64,000 nt of DNA from Lama guanicoe. Lineage: Eukaryota. The translations under genes were made by a program, and so were the position numbers. How positions within the stretch are numbered: the stretch's first letter is position 1; the number at the start of each line of letters is the position of its first letter. The stretch covers positions 22,509,280 through 22,573,279 of the forward strand of contig MU054187.1 of assembly GCA_013239625.1 (NCBI GenBank), in the 5' to 3' direction. This document shows positions 13,771 through 28,567 of the stretch, one piece after another. Below the pieces are notes generated by a model. That model did not search any database, was not told the origin of the DNA, and saw nothing but the letters and a program-made list of their open reading frames with translations.

Positions 13771-15094
13771 CTACAGGGAAATAAAACGACACTTACTCAG
13801 TTGAATTGCACCTTCTTTTTTTCTCTTAAAGAGAACTAAACATCTTAACATTTATAAAAGGAATCTTCTCCTGTTCTATGTTTAAAGAATTTGTACTTAA
13901 CATAATATCCAGCAGGTTAATATTCATACTGAATTACCTAGAGACTGACTTATATTGATCCATCAATTAGGGTGTATTTTGTGACTAAGTATAAATAGTA
14001 AGAAATATTTGTAACAGCAATGGTGACACACTGTATCACTGACCCCTGAACGCTCACTTTGTGCTAAATGCTCCTCTCCTCTACTCCTTACAATAACGAA
14101 ATAAGAGCAAATCATTACCCCTCTTTTTCCCCTAAGACAAACTAACTCAGAGAAGTGAGAAAAAAAAAGAGAACAAAACTAAACATGATATGCATAAATA
14201 ATAATGGCAACCAACAATCAAAGTCTACATATTGAAAGAGTGAGGCAAATGTTTAACATCCATAGTTCTTGACAACTTTCTGAAATAAGTAGGAAAAAAA
14301 GTGTTGGATCTTAATTTGTGTCTGAACTCCCCGAGGAAGAAACTGTCTCACTCACCAGCATCTAACTTGCTGACTGTCCCTCAATTATCATTAATCCTCA
14401 GTAAGTGTTTTGTTAGTTTAATATGTCCTTTATCCTGAAGGATATTTACTTCTCTTTCAAAAGAGTTTGATACAGTACTTTGCACTGTTACCCTTCTTAG
14501 AAGACAATAAACACTTAGATCCGCAGACTACACCCAAATAAAACAGGGTAAAGCTGTCTCAAGAGACACTCTTAAACCAGAGAGCACTTAACACATTGGT
14601 ATATGTTCATACTAGCAAAATTATGATGTACATTGAACAAAGGTTACATAAAAATGGAAAGATACTGAAAGTCAGATTATTCCTCAGGTCAACCAGACTG
14701 TATCTGATACACACTGAAGATTCAAAGATCCTCTTAGGGCATCCTGTATTACTACTGTTAGATTAATCCAATTTCATTTTAGTCTGGTAAATAAGAATAG
14801 TCTTTCCCAACAAAGGGAATTTAAAGGTCTAACAAAAAGTCTCAATGCTTTCTTATTTTTCAGTCTTAGTACATGTTTCTAAATGATGTAAATAACAGTG
14901 TTTAACATAATCACAATCAAATTTAGTATTTTCTAAATACTAAACTAAATAACTAGTACAACTCCTAGTTAATGTACAGTTTAGACACTCTTGACTGCCA
15001 AATAATATTTTAAAATATTTTATATTTTGCTTTTTTACATACTACAAAATAAGATCATATAATACCACTGAAACATTTAAAGAAATTTTCTTAC

Positions 15095-15150
15095 CAAATA
15101 CCCATAAGGTGAATTGAGGTAGCATCTTTAGGGTTCAGTTCAATTGCTTT
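15095..15150 (-). CDS. RMDN1: RMDN1 exon 6
   Basis: ttag/gtaag; KAIELNPKDATSIHLMGI+TG, 56 nt. Confidence 0.95.
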
Positions 15151-17402
15151 CTAACAAGAAATGAGAAAATGAATCATATTTGTTTTTTGAACACCAATAA
15201 GTCTTTTTCTATGTATGATGAAGCCATGATTTTAAAAAAAATTTGCAACCCTGAATTTCAGTTTTTCTATAATCAACTTTCTTCCTCCTGATTCTTTTAA
15301 TTTGTTTCAAACATGATAGCTATAAATGAATCTAATTTTAAAAATAACCTATAGCTCTCAATAGTTCTAGATGAAAGGAAAAATAAGTAAAGAAGTTCTT
15401 TTTGGCAAGTCCCATATGAATACTGAATAAAAGGTATTCTTAAAAGAACAAAATACATAATAATTTTACAAAGTCTCTCCCCGTAGGCAGATTTGATTTA
15501 ACTGCCCCGTCTATACTTAACAAAGGCAAAATAACTATTTACTCACAGAATAATTGAATAATTATGTACAATATAAGTTGATAAAGTCTCCCTATTTCTA
15601 CTCACTATGTGAAAGTCCTATGTAAGTTAATGTAAAGCATAAACTACAGAATACTTTAAAGAAATTACTCCTCCTTTTATCCCTTATTTTGCAAACTGCT
15701 AAGGAAATCTCGCAGGTTGATGTTAATCCTATTGAAAAGACCCTTTTTTTTTTAAAAATTAAGACTTCCTAGTTTATGCTTTTCTGTAAATCCACATTTT
15801 CACTTGCAGCTAATAATGTATGAGACACACATTTTGAAATACATGTATTGGTCACCAGAGTGGGCTGGGAAGCCAGACCACCTAGGTTCAAATCACAGCT
15901 CAATGACCTCTAACTTTTTGACCCTGGCAAGTTCTACACTCTTTCCATGCCTTTGTTCTTTCACAGAAAATTAAATGAGCACATAACAGGAGGTGCTTAA
16001 CACAGTATTTTCTATCACCAGAATCATTATTATTTTTACTTTTCATAAGGACCAGACACTGTATCACTAACACTGGTTAACGTCAGTAGTAGGAGAGGAA
16101 ACAGCTAGAGTAGGGAAAACCAAGTATGACTTGGCAGAAATCTTATCTCAGTAACACGGGTAAGAATCAGCACGGACCTAATTTTTACTTTTCTATAAAT
16201 ACAGTGATATGATTTATATGTCAAACTATATTTTAAAGTATATACAATTTATATTCTAAGCAACTTTTCCTCACGAGAGTTCCACTAGAAAAATTAAGCC
16301 CTACAAAAATTACATGAATAACTATATTGTCCACTCCACCAAAAACGGTACAGAGCTAGTCCATGCAGATGCAAGGGAGAGAAGTTAACTCACCACACAC
16401 AGTGGATGTCTTGGGACGTTAGGGTTTAATTTTCTTATGGGATAGACTGAGAGGGGCTACTCTCAAGCAAAGCTTTTCTAATTTTTTTTTTGCCATTAGT
16501 TTACATGTCTTCAAAATAAGTACAAAAATAATTCCTTATGACTTTAAATGTAATCATGGAATTGAAAATAAAAGTAGTATAAATGATCTTTTTAGTATGT
16601 AAATACTAAATTGTCATTTTTTATATATACTTCACACACTTGGAAACTCACACAAAACACTTATTTTTAAATACCGTACAGCCTTCACTGTTTCTTTTAA
16701 AGTATACATTAACATATTTTCTGCAATTTTTCATTATTCACATTGGAAGTTATTTGTCATCTATTTCTATATTCCAAGGCAGAGTAATTTAAGTGATTTT
16801 TCTAATGCCACTGAGTAAATTACTGTATTTCAATCAATCGAAGATACCATAAAAGTTATGACACATAATTATTTTATGTACCATTAAGAAAAGAAAAAAA
16901 GCACTGCCAATTGTAGGATACCGCTGATTGTATGTAATGCAATCTGATTTCAAAGGTCTTAAAATGTGAAAAATGTACATTATTTAATTGAAATATATAT
17001 GTAAGAATATACATATACATATGTGTGTATATACTATTGATGCCTGAATATGCCCTAGTCCAGTGTTCTTTCCACTTGTCATTACATAAACCCAGGAACT
17101 GAGACTATAACCATAAAGTGTTTCATTACTTTCTCTTCCTTTGTTGTTTTTTTTTTCTGAGATGGTCTATAATATCAAAAGAAATAAAGCATTCTGGATT
17201 TTTAGCTGCAGTTTTTTTGTTGTTTGTTTTTTACTGGACAATGGAATAGTGTATTTGCAGCACATCATGAAGTATATAAACTCCCGCAGAATTTCAGGCA
17301 CCTAAGGAAGAGCTTACTATAAATAAGTAAATTAACTTTAGGGGGAAATATTAAAATACACACACACATAACACACAATCAGGGACCACAGTCATGTATT
17401 AC

Positions 17403-17886
17403 TGTGGGAGTGGTATGAGTGGTATCTCAGTTGTGTTAGCCTGTTAGATGAGGCCACACACCCTAGCACTCGGGACCCTGTATGGTCCCCTCCCACATAC
17501 TCTGGTCTTGGCCACATGACTTGTTTATTAGGTCGACAAGTTCTTACTAGGTGTGATGCAAACATGCTTGATGTAAATTTGCACACTGGAACTTTTTCCT
17601 TGGAACGTTCACTCCTGGAAGCCAGCTACCATGCTATAACGAAGCTTTGGCTGGACTACTAAAGGACGGAAAGAAAAGTAGAGAGAAACTGTCGTAGGTG
17701 AGAGGGCGTCTCATCCCTGTCCCAGCTGAGGGCCCAGGTGAATGCAGCCATCTAAACCACCTCAGCTACAACAAGCAGAACAGAAGTACCACTGTGCACA
17801 ATTAATCCACAGAATCGTGAGAAATCAATTGTCACTGTTTTAGGCCACTATGTTTGGGCCTATACAGTAATAGATAAATGAAACAG
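17403..17886 (+). mobile_element. MaLR LTR (MLT1-like)
   Basis: tgtgg...ggccacatgacttg...aatccacagaatcgtgagaaat...ttttaggccacta...aatagataaatgaaaca. Confidence 0.65.
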
Positions 17887-17929
17887 AAATCTATTCAGAA
17901 AACTAATGACTTTGAACATTCATCAGTAC

Positions 17930-18019
17930 CTCAAAATGCTCCTTGATAATGTAGGAATTTGCAATTTTAGCCTTGATGCCTTCATAATCTCCAACATCAC
18001 TAATACAGATGGCATACCA
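17930..18019 (-). CDS. RMDN1: RMDN1 exon 5
   Basis: tttag/gtact; WYAICISDVGDYEGIKAKIANSYIIKEHFE, 90 nt. Confidence 0.95.
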
Positions 18020-19269
18020 CTAAAAACAGAATAGGAAAAAGATGTAAGAATAGTAACACACAGTAACAGTCCATTCAATACAAGGCCAAACTGAGTAACT
18101 ATTCCTCAGTAGTCACTCTCATTTAACAAAAAGCTGAGCACAAAAACCGTATTAAATACACTGGAATATATATTCCTCATGGAACTCAAGGAGAGGACGT
18201 GTTTTTAGAGAACTGTATTACAAGGCAGAGAACAGTGAATCTCTAAGAAAGTTACCAACAGAATGCAGAGAGAATGATTCATATTTACGGTATGAATATA
18301 AATTTAGAAAAAACGGTCAATTTAGTAAGTACCATTTATTTCTGTCTCCTCTTTTCTGGGAGTTGCTGCTCCCACATCTGCACTGTTACAGTAATAATAC
18401 CATATTTGTCAGTTGTGACCTTGTCCCCACATCCATGGCTGGAAAACAGACCCAAACTCAGATAATCTAAGTTTTTTTTCTCTAAGAACTGAATTCAAAA
18501 TATCCAAGCTTCATATACCCAGGTGCTGTGGGAAGTCACAAGACTTAGGATGAGAAAAAAAGTTTCAGTTAAAAAAGATTTGCAGATAACAGCAAAGAGA
18601 ACAGACACTGAAGCCTCAGAGCAACTGAGCCAGTTTTTCCTGAAGCCTAAGTGCATCGTGCCTTTAGGTTCTGTGAAATACAAGTTTTCTTATAAACATC
18701 TCCCCTTTTCTTTTACTCTGAGTTTACATCTGTGAAATTTTAATAATTATAACTAGAAAAATTTTAACAAACACTTAAACTTCTGTTTAAATCTATTTTC
18801 CACCAAAATCTTTTGTCTTGATATTTTTATTGAAAATTAAAAAGTGTAATTTAAAACACATACCCTCTCTATAGACCATGCTCATTTAATCTCCACTGAC
18901 AGTTACCCAGTTCCCCAAATCCAGACGACTAGAGGGGTCATATAGCGTTTCAAGTTTGGTGCTCTGATCTTTTCCCATGTATCAAGGCTCTAGATAAGAT
19001 CACCTTCTCTTATGCATTTAACTATCATCTATACACAAAGCAAACACAAGCTTATGGATGAATCCTCCACATTCTGCTGAGGTTGGCATTTAGTTACTGC
19101 ATAGGACTGTTAATTTATGATATTCATACTAGCAAGATGATAGGAGCTGTGATCACGGGTGGTTTTTATTTCCATATTTGTACTTTTGTTTCAATTTCCA
19201 AAGTGTCTGTTTTCTGTAATGAGTTAATTTTAAAGGAAAGTTTTATAATAGATCTTCTAGCCAAGAAGG

Positions 19270-21192
19270 AATAACAGATGCTATACTTACCTTCTTGCCT
19301 GAAACACTAAAATAAGCAAAGTAAAAGAAAGAAAGACTCTCAAGACATTATCCAGGGCAACAGTAGTCACTGAGAGACCAGAAACAAATGAGACGATTGC
19401 CCTGTGACTGCCCTGGAGAAATAGCCAGGCTGAAGCCCAGGGAGGCAAAATAGGCTAAGCAGTCTCTCTTCTTTGAAGAGATGGAACTGGAAGTCTGCGG
19501 AAGTCCACGTGGCTGGAGTTCACAGAGCAGAGCACTGGAGAAGAGACCGCTGACCAGAGAACTACAGAGGGTCACCCGTGAGCATTCAGATGAGTAAAGA
19601 TTATCTCCTCATGGGAAGAGGCTATGCAGGGCCGGAAAAAGAACCCCTCAAAAGGTTTAGAAATACCGAGCTCACAAAGAGCTAGAAATACCAGTTGCAG
19701 GAAAAGACAAAAGCCCTCAGTGTTAAATGCTACTCTCGTCCTGCCTAAAAACCTTAAAGCAAAATCCAAAAGATCAAACTGTTTGAGTAACTCAACTGTG
19801 TCCCAGAACAAAGTTCAAGAATATTCTTCCAGTTTTATTGAACTATAATTGACATACAGCTAAGTTTAAGATGTATAAAGCATAATGATATGACTTACAA
19901 ATACCGTGAAATTACTATCAAGGAATATTTTTAGTATTACAAATATACCCAGTGCCCAACAAAGTAAAATATATAATGTCTGGCATCAATTAATCAAAAA
20001 TCACAAATCATACAATAAGACTCTTACTGAGGAGAAAAAAAATCACTCAATTAAAAAATCTAGAAATGGCATAAATGATAGAATCCACAGACAGACAACA
20101 AAACCATGATTGATAACTGTATTTCATATATTCAAGAAGCAAGATGAAAGGCAAACGTATTAAGTAGAGAAATGCAAGATACTAAAGACAGAGCAAACTG
20201 GAAGAAAAGCTTACTGAACTTGAAGACACAGAATTGAAAATAACCAAAATAAAAGACCGAGAGGGAGAAGAGTGAAAACCAAGACACACAGCTCATCACA
20301 AAACTTCTGGACAATTTTTAAGTGGGCAAACACATGAGTAACTGGAGTCCCAGAAGAAGAGGAAGAGTCAAGGGTAAGGACCAAAAAACTTTTTATAAAA
20401 AGAATGGCTGAATATTTTCCAAATCTGATGCAAACTACAAACCCACAAATCCAACAAACGCTATGAAACATAAGAAACATGGAAAAAAACCATACCATGG
20501 CACATCACATCAAATATTTTACAACCACTGATAAAGAAAGAAACAGCCAGACATCCTCCAGCCAAGAAAAAGAAAAACACCTCACATACAAGAATTAAAG
20601 CAAATTTCTTACTAGAAATAAGGCAAGCTAGAAGATAGCTAAGCATTATCTTTAAAGCATTCTTTACTCAGAAAAAATATTTTTCAAAAACAAAAGTGAA
20701 AGAGAATTTTTACAGTGATAGAGATGTTAAAAGAATTCATCATCAACAGACTATAAGAAATGTTAAAGGTACACATGTTGAAGGAATGTTCTACAGGAAG
20801 AAATGATGAACACCGTGATGGTAACTATATGGGCAAACATAAAGACTCCTCCTTCCTTTATTTATGTCTTTTTAAAAGATAATAAACTGTTTAAGACAAA
20901 ATAACAAAGTATTCTGGGATTTTTAACATCTGCAGAAGAGACAGCACACTAATAGCACAAAGAGCAGTTATTACTACATGAAGTGTTGTATCACTTGAGT
21001 GGGCTGTAAGTTAAAGATGTATATACTATAGACCTTAAAGCAACCGCTACAGTAATATAATACAGAGTTATAGCCATTAAGCCAATAAAATAAATAAAAT
21101 GCAAAAGGTAGAAAAAGAAGAAAATGAAAACAGATGGATGAAACAAAAAACAAATAGAAAGATAAGAAATTTAAACCCCCAAAATATCATTA
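19270..21192 (+). mobile_element. Old degraded LINE-1, 5'/ORF1 to ORF2 start
   Basis: A-rich, with ORF1-type motifs such as actggagtcccagaagaagagga and gaatggctgaatattttccaaatctgatg. Confidence 0.65.
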
Positions 21193-21194
21193 GT

Positions 21195-22025
<831 letters not shown>

Positions 22026-22244
22026 CCTTCACAAAAGTAATTTATCAAACACACTAATAAAGTTAAAAGTTCAAGAATGCAAAGAAAAAAACTACTTCCT
22101 TTTGAAAAAAGTTATAAAAATAAATCTCTTCCCTACTTGAAAATGGAACAATTTTCTTTCCTATGTAAATTAGGGATAACAGGTAAGTATAAACCTGAGT
22201 TCCTCTCAGTACATGTAAAACTTTCATTACTTTGAGCACCTCAC

Positions 22245-22404
22245 CTTATGAGCTGCAAAACTTGACTCATTTTTTTCTAGTGCTCTTTTTGCATACTCTA
22301 GGGCTTCATAGACCAAGAGCTTTTTCTCCTCTTCTGAGGTTCCGCTAAGTTGAGCTATATCACGTGATGCCCGTGCCAAACGCCACAGTAACTCTGCATC
22401 TTCA
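22245..22404 (-). CDS. RMDN1: RMDN1 exon 4
   Basis: ttag/gtgag; (S)EDAELLWRLARASRDIAQLSGTSEEEKKLLVYEALEYAKRALEKNESSFAAHK, 160 nt. Confidence 0.96.
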
Positions 22405-24065
22405 CTAATTTGAAATAAAATATAAAATAACAACCATTTTAGCTCACATTTAAAAACTGTTGAAAGTCACATCACTAATGAATACATATGATCTTTCATG
22501 TCAGTGAGGATAAGGCAAGCAACATGGTATCAAAAGCCATTATTCTTCATGTTAAATTTATTATTTTCTATCATACAAAAACTTTACCTGCTAAAAGTTC
22601 CTACAAAATATCCATTATTCTTAAGTATTAACTTAACCCATAATATCTAAAATACTAAGTTCCTTAGAAAATATCTCATATTTGACTCTCTGAACACTTG
22701 CCCTACAAAATTCAACATATAACTTGAGGCTTGATTTCAGCGGCTACTATGCTTCAGACAATTAACTGGTTTAGACGGTACTATAAAATACATAAATTTA
22801 TAGACAGGGTCATGCTCTATAAAACAGAGCTGCCATATCCCTAGTTCCAAATACAGTACCTAGCACAAAACAGGTATGTGGTAAATGACTGTTAATGAAT
22901 GAATGATTAAATGTAATGTAAGCTCAAAGTAAATCCTACCTTTGAATGTCATCTATGCCATGATGCATGGAATAGTTAAAGCAAGGGCTTTGGACTCCTT
23001 GAAGAACTGACATTGAAATATGATTATATAAAATATGAAATGGCTAATAAATAAAATGGAAACCAAGATTTAGAGTTAGAAATATTTTTTAAAACTAACC
23101 TTACATTCCTTTTTATTAAATGTTTGTCTTTAAGCCCACTACCCTATATATTTCTTAACAAAAAATAGTATTCACATAAAACTGTGAAACTAAAAGTAGC
23201 CATAGTATATTTATAATGCAATGACTAGGAGTAACTATCTTATAGCTTACTTTTCAAGTAATTACCGAAATGACTATAAAATGCCAAAACAACCACCGCA
23301 AGTTACTGAGGGGAGAACGGAGAAGGAAAGTTGCATCCTATAGACATTTTAGGAAGTAAATTTGCTGGGTCCTTGGGGGGAAAAACTGGTTTGGGGAATC
23401 TAAAAAAGGAAGTTGAAAAAAAAAGAAAGGACAATATTTTAATTTAGGGGATGAGGTAGAGTAGTGATCTGGAAATGCAATTTAGCCTGATTTGACTTAT
23501 TTTATGAGGCTGAATCTCCTTCCACTCTACCCTCCCCCCCAAAAAATAAATGCACATATTAGTGGACTCTGGACTAAATAAAAAGATAAGCTGATATTGA
23601 AAACAGAAAAAGGAGGTATTTCTGGATCATCTATGAGACTGCTTGTACAGTGACACACAGATATTAGTCAATGGTGGTGTAAAATCATCCTATCTCACTT
23701 AAATCTTAAACCAGTAAGAAATTAATTTAAAAGAAATGAGAAATAAATAATATACATAAATGAGATAAATATCTATTCAGTGATTACCTTGTATCCAAAA
23801 CAAAGTAACAAAATGGAAAAAAATATTTCAACAGTCTATTAGAATGAGTAAATTGAACCACCTTTTCTAAATCAATGAGATACATGTAGCACTTGAGTCA
23901 TTTAACATAAGGAAAAAAATCACACTATAAATTAAACTCTAAGAAATGTTATTTTGAAGTAAAAATTTTAAAAAACTATAAAAATTAAGCACTAAGAATA
24001 TTCAAGTGTTAAATAACCAAAAATCTGAGGAAACCACAAACCCAAGCCTATCACACACAGCCCAC

Positions 24066-24162
24066 CTCTCTTTGTACTGGGATAGCAACTGATAAAGTTT
24101 TTCTGTTTCTCCACTTTCATACAGGTAGTCTGCTTGTTCGAGGATTTCTTCAATTCTGAAGA
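24066..24162 (-). CDS. RMDN1: RMDN1 exon 3 (acceptor inferred)
   Basis: Reads (V)FRIEEILEQADYLYESGETEKLYQLLSQYKE+AG using the nearest in-frame AG (ttttatag, 24163-24165); donor gtggg. Confidence 0.85.
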
Positions 24163-25331
24163 CTATAAAAGAAAAAAGACACAATAAAGTAGGCCTTCCC
24201 AAGCCAGATGGCAATAATTCTAAGAAAAATAAACATTTTCATATATAAGCAAAAGAAAGTAGATATAGAAATCACCTATAAATAAAGATCAGAAATTCTG
24301 AAGAATCTGGATGTAAGCACAGCAGAAATAAGTATAAAGCTATCACACACAGTAAATGATTTACTGAAAACATGGAAAATAACAAATTAGAAAACTTACT
24401 CTGGTACTGACTAAATATGATACATTTTAAAAAATTAAAAAATTTCCTATGAGGAATTTATGCCACATAGTCTTTGTTGTTGTTGCTGCTATTAAGTACC
24501 ACCCACTGTAGAAAATGATGACATAACAGCCATTTAGAGCACTGAAAATTACTATATTTGCATAGACTGTACCACACTCTTTTACTAGATCCTTCTTATG
24601 GCCTAACTTATACAGACATCGTTGTGGAAAAAGAATCAAATCTGTCATCAAAAACTTAGACGAAGCTAATGACAAAGAGGATCTGAAACTTACCTCATTG
24701 GCACTATACTCCAACCAACTCATTAATGAGTTTAGACATTACAACAAAACCTGTAAGCCTTACAGAGAGGGTAACGCTCTAAAGAAGTTGACTAGTTACT
24801 AAAAACCCAGGTCTGAATTTCAGATATTCTAATTATTACCAAGGAACATACACATTTAATTTTGTCTTCTATAAAGGTGCTGTATTACTTAGTTCTATAT
24901 ATAAGCCAACATTCCAATGTATTCAGTTAATGTACTTTATTTGAGGTTAAAAGTGTTTTTAAGTTTATGAAAAATTAAAATCTAGACCAAAAAAAAGCAA
25001 AAACAAAACCTCATAAATTTATGACAAAACTGTGTAAAGCAAACTATTTTTAAAGTTAAGATCATCATTGTAATTATAATAATTTAAGAAAAATTAAATG
25101 ACAACAGCAAAGAAACCCGAAAATTAAGTAAAGATTTTTTCCTCTATAATCCTACTTCAATCTGGTTAGGTACTATAGTTTAATATCATTCCCTTGGCTG
25201 GTTAATTTTCTTAAGTTTGCTTCAACTCTATTCTATATTTTTATCAATGGTGGATTCTCCAAATTTGGGTTATGAAAACCCAAAGAATCTTAAAAAGAAT
25301 AAGTAGTAGCCTCAGTATTCTTAGCTAGTAT

Positions 25332-25585
25332 TTGTGGCAGGCAGAATAATGGCCACATTTTAATCCCTGGACCTGTGAAAATGTATAGATTACTAGGGCA
25401 AGGGGGGGGTAATTTTGTAGACAGAATTAAGGCTGCTAATCAGCTAACCGTAAAATAGTAAATTATCTTGGATTAGCTAGGTGTGTCCAATACAATCACA
25501 AGGGTCCTTAAAAGTGGAAGCAGGAGGCAGGAAAAAAAGTCATAGTTGGTGTGACAATGAAAACAAGGTCAGATGCAATCACTGG
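25332..25585 (+). mobile_element. MaLR LTR fragment (MLT1C/D-like)
   Basis: tgtggcaggcagaataatggcc...aatcacaagggtccttaaaagtggaag. Confidence 0.7.
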
Positions 25586-25689
25586 GGAATTGTTAGTATC
25601 ATCCAGCATCTGGATGCTAAGCAAAACAGCTGGAGGGCTAAATAAACAGAGGAGTCACTCTACCCCGTTTCCTTCCAACTTCTATGAGT

Positions 25690-26845
25690 TGTAGTTTATT
25701 CAAAAGTTTGATATGTAATCCTGTAACTATTATCTCTTCAGTAACTTCAGAATGGTAGCTTTAAACAACGTTAAAGCGTGAGCTCTTCCTGAATTTCCCA
25801 AAGTTTTTCTATGCTCTTTTTCAAATGGGTCTCTACTTCAGGGGTCAGCTTTATCCTTAAGGTCTGCAATACCTTTTCCTCCCAGAATACAAGGAATACT
25901 AAGAAATACTTCTTATTCTGTAGAGGCCCTTACTTATGGTGGAAACTCTCCTAAGATTCTTAGAAATGCTTTCTATTCAATCAGCCAAAGATAAGCTACT
26001 GGCCCAATTAATATAACCTTTCCTTTTAACCGTTTCATAGCCATAGATAATCACTTCTTTATGGACATCTTCCTACTGCTCAGGATCTTTACCCATTTCT
26101 ACATCTTGAGTTTTGATCCTTCAGAGGGACACAGCAATGTTCACTCCACTCCACACAGGTAAGTTGAGTTTCCATGCTCTCTAAGGATCCATCTATGACA
26201 GCTTTCAGAGTAGATACCATTCCTTTGCCCAATAAAGAAATGGAAACGGGTAGAGTTCAGATTACAGCCACTTCCAGTAATATGGTTTTGGGAAACACAA
26301 AGTTAAGATATCCACTGGATTGGAAATAAGTATCAGTTTGCAGCCAGAACGATACTGGGTAGTATGAGAAATCACTAATTTGGAGATGGGTACACTTCAC
26401 TTGACTACAGCAAGGTGTGTTTCTCTTTTTCCTGGGCGTGCACTAGGCTGGAGTCTGCAGTGATGAGGCAACCTTTGCAGGAAACAGTACTTGGCATGTC
26501 CAGTGAAAGCGCTGCCATGCTAAGCGCCACTGTCTCAGCCTCCAGTCTGCCTTCAGCACCATCCTCAAAGGCAAGTTCATCACTCAGGCCTTTTAATAAG
26601 ATGCTGCCAGGCCAACCAACCCTGTTCCACTAATGGAGATCTTACTGTGATGAATGGTTTCCTCTAAATTGGAATTCGTAAGAAGTTCATACTTAACCGT
26701 TGCCATCTTGGAAACAAGAGTGAAGGGCCAGCCATCCCTGAATGGGATGTGTGAGAGTGGCTGGGAGACAGCCATCTCTGGGCAAAGGAGATTTGCTCCT
26801 TCAGTGCCTACTCCCTGGCTGCTCTGTAGGACTCCTGTTATTCAT
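25690..26845 (-). pseudogene. Processed pseudogene of L-lactate dehydrogenase, LDHAL6B-like
   Basis: Intronless LDH homology: ...GANLLCPEMAVSQPLSHIPFRDGWPFTLVSKMATVKYELL...HHSKISISGTGLVGLA, frameshift, ILLKGLSDELA..., [29 protein letters not shown], ...WEIQEELTL* (TAA 25771-25773). AATAAA at 25695-25700. Multiple indels. Confidence 0.92.
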
Positions 26846-28567
26846 GACCACTCTCTCAAGGGGTGAAAGAGAAAAATGGAGGAAAGCCACACCAAAGTTC
26901 CTTCAGGTGCAAAGTAAGGAAACAACTCCCTTACCTCTGCTATAGTGACTGTGCAAGGTCACGCCCCAGATCATGCAGGCCTCACAGGGGCCTAGCACCT
27001 TAAAATCTTCTTTTTAGTTTACTAAATATGCAGTGCTTTTTTGTCATTAGGACACTTAAAAAACAGACTACGATCACTTAGGCTATAAATAATTTTGGCT
27101 TTGCCTTTCAAAGTGCTATATTGTGTTGCTTAGGGAAACATTACATTTTTATACTCATTTCTGTAATGAAACGGTGCTAAAAGACACTGAAACTATGATT
27201 GACTCGAAAAGAAACAGATAAGAGTTCCAATCTCTGCTCTGGTACTTTCAGTTTGAAGAAGTTTCACCATGTGAGCTTCCTTTCAAAAATTAATAGAATG
27301 GAACAGACAGAAAAATCTTAAAACTGCAACCATTGGGCACATCACTCAAGGGATGTTTTAAAAAAAAATTAACATTGTACTGTGAAAAATATGGCTTGTC
27401 CTAACTATTTTAAAAGATTGCTGTGAGAGTTGGAAGTTATAATGAAAAGTGTAGGAAGTTTTAAAAAGCTGAGCTGTTATAAATATTTGCCAAAATATGT
27501 CATTGAATCAGTCACAAACCCAAGTCCTCTACTTTGTCCTTCATGAAAATGATGTTAAAAAAAGAAAAGGTAAAACAAAAACATAATAATTCAAATATCT
27601 GCTTTCATTAAATATAAGAATCACAAATAAATGAAATCAATTAATAACTAGTAATTTTTAGCCAATATTCTCAAAATCTTCATCTACCAGAACGTTAATA
27701 AGAATATCTATTCAAAATCAAATCTCTGCTTCTTTCTCCAGTCACCTTCTTGATGGTTAAAAAATGAGGACTGTGAAAAACACAAAGGCTTATTATATTA
27801 ACCTATAAATTAAAAGAGTTTTTGACACGACATTGTAAAATGACTATAACTCAATAAAAAAATGTTAGAAAAGTTTTTTTCTCTAATAGACAGAAATTTT
27901 GGCTCTATCCACGGATACAACTGGTTTAACTAAATTTAATTTTTAAAATATGGCAAGTCTTAACACATGTTTATATATTTACAGGCATGCCAAATAAAAA
28001 ATTTGATGGAATTTTTCTATTTTTCAACCAGTTATTTGATATTCAGAACCAAACTGCATTCTATTTATAAATAAAATATTTCTATCTCAGAGTAACTGGG
28101 CCTTTCTTAACTACATCAAGAAGAGTATAACACCTTGTTGTAGAAACAAAAGAATTGTTGCACCTTTATAAATGATTGGCAAACTTCTTCTATAAAAATC
28201 CAGAGAGTACATATTGGAGGCTTTGTGGGCCAGATAGGGTCTTTAGTATATTCGTTTTTTTCTCCCACAACCCCTCAACCCTTTAAAAAAATCCTTAGCT
28301 CAAGGGGCCTATAAAACTATAAAGTATTAATGGAGTATTTCTCACTGAAGGAACTCTACCTGCTAGAAAGCATTATATATACATATATACAGACACACAC
28401 ACATATATACATACATACATATCCCAGATGACAAGCAGAGAAAAGCAGAAAATAATCTAGCCTATAACATGTTAGTTTCATTATCTATTCAAAACTAACT
28501 AAATTATTAACAAAATATAACAAACTAAAATAACTCTAAGTGTTCCTGGCGTTTAGCTTAGGCTTAC

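Noticed and set aside
26593..26775. Functional short LDH-derived peptide
   Set aside because: Ends at a frameshift within the Rossmann fold; part of a decayed retrocopy
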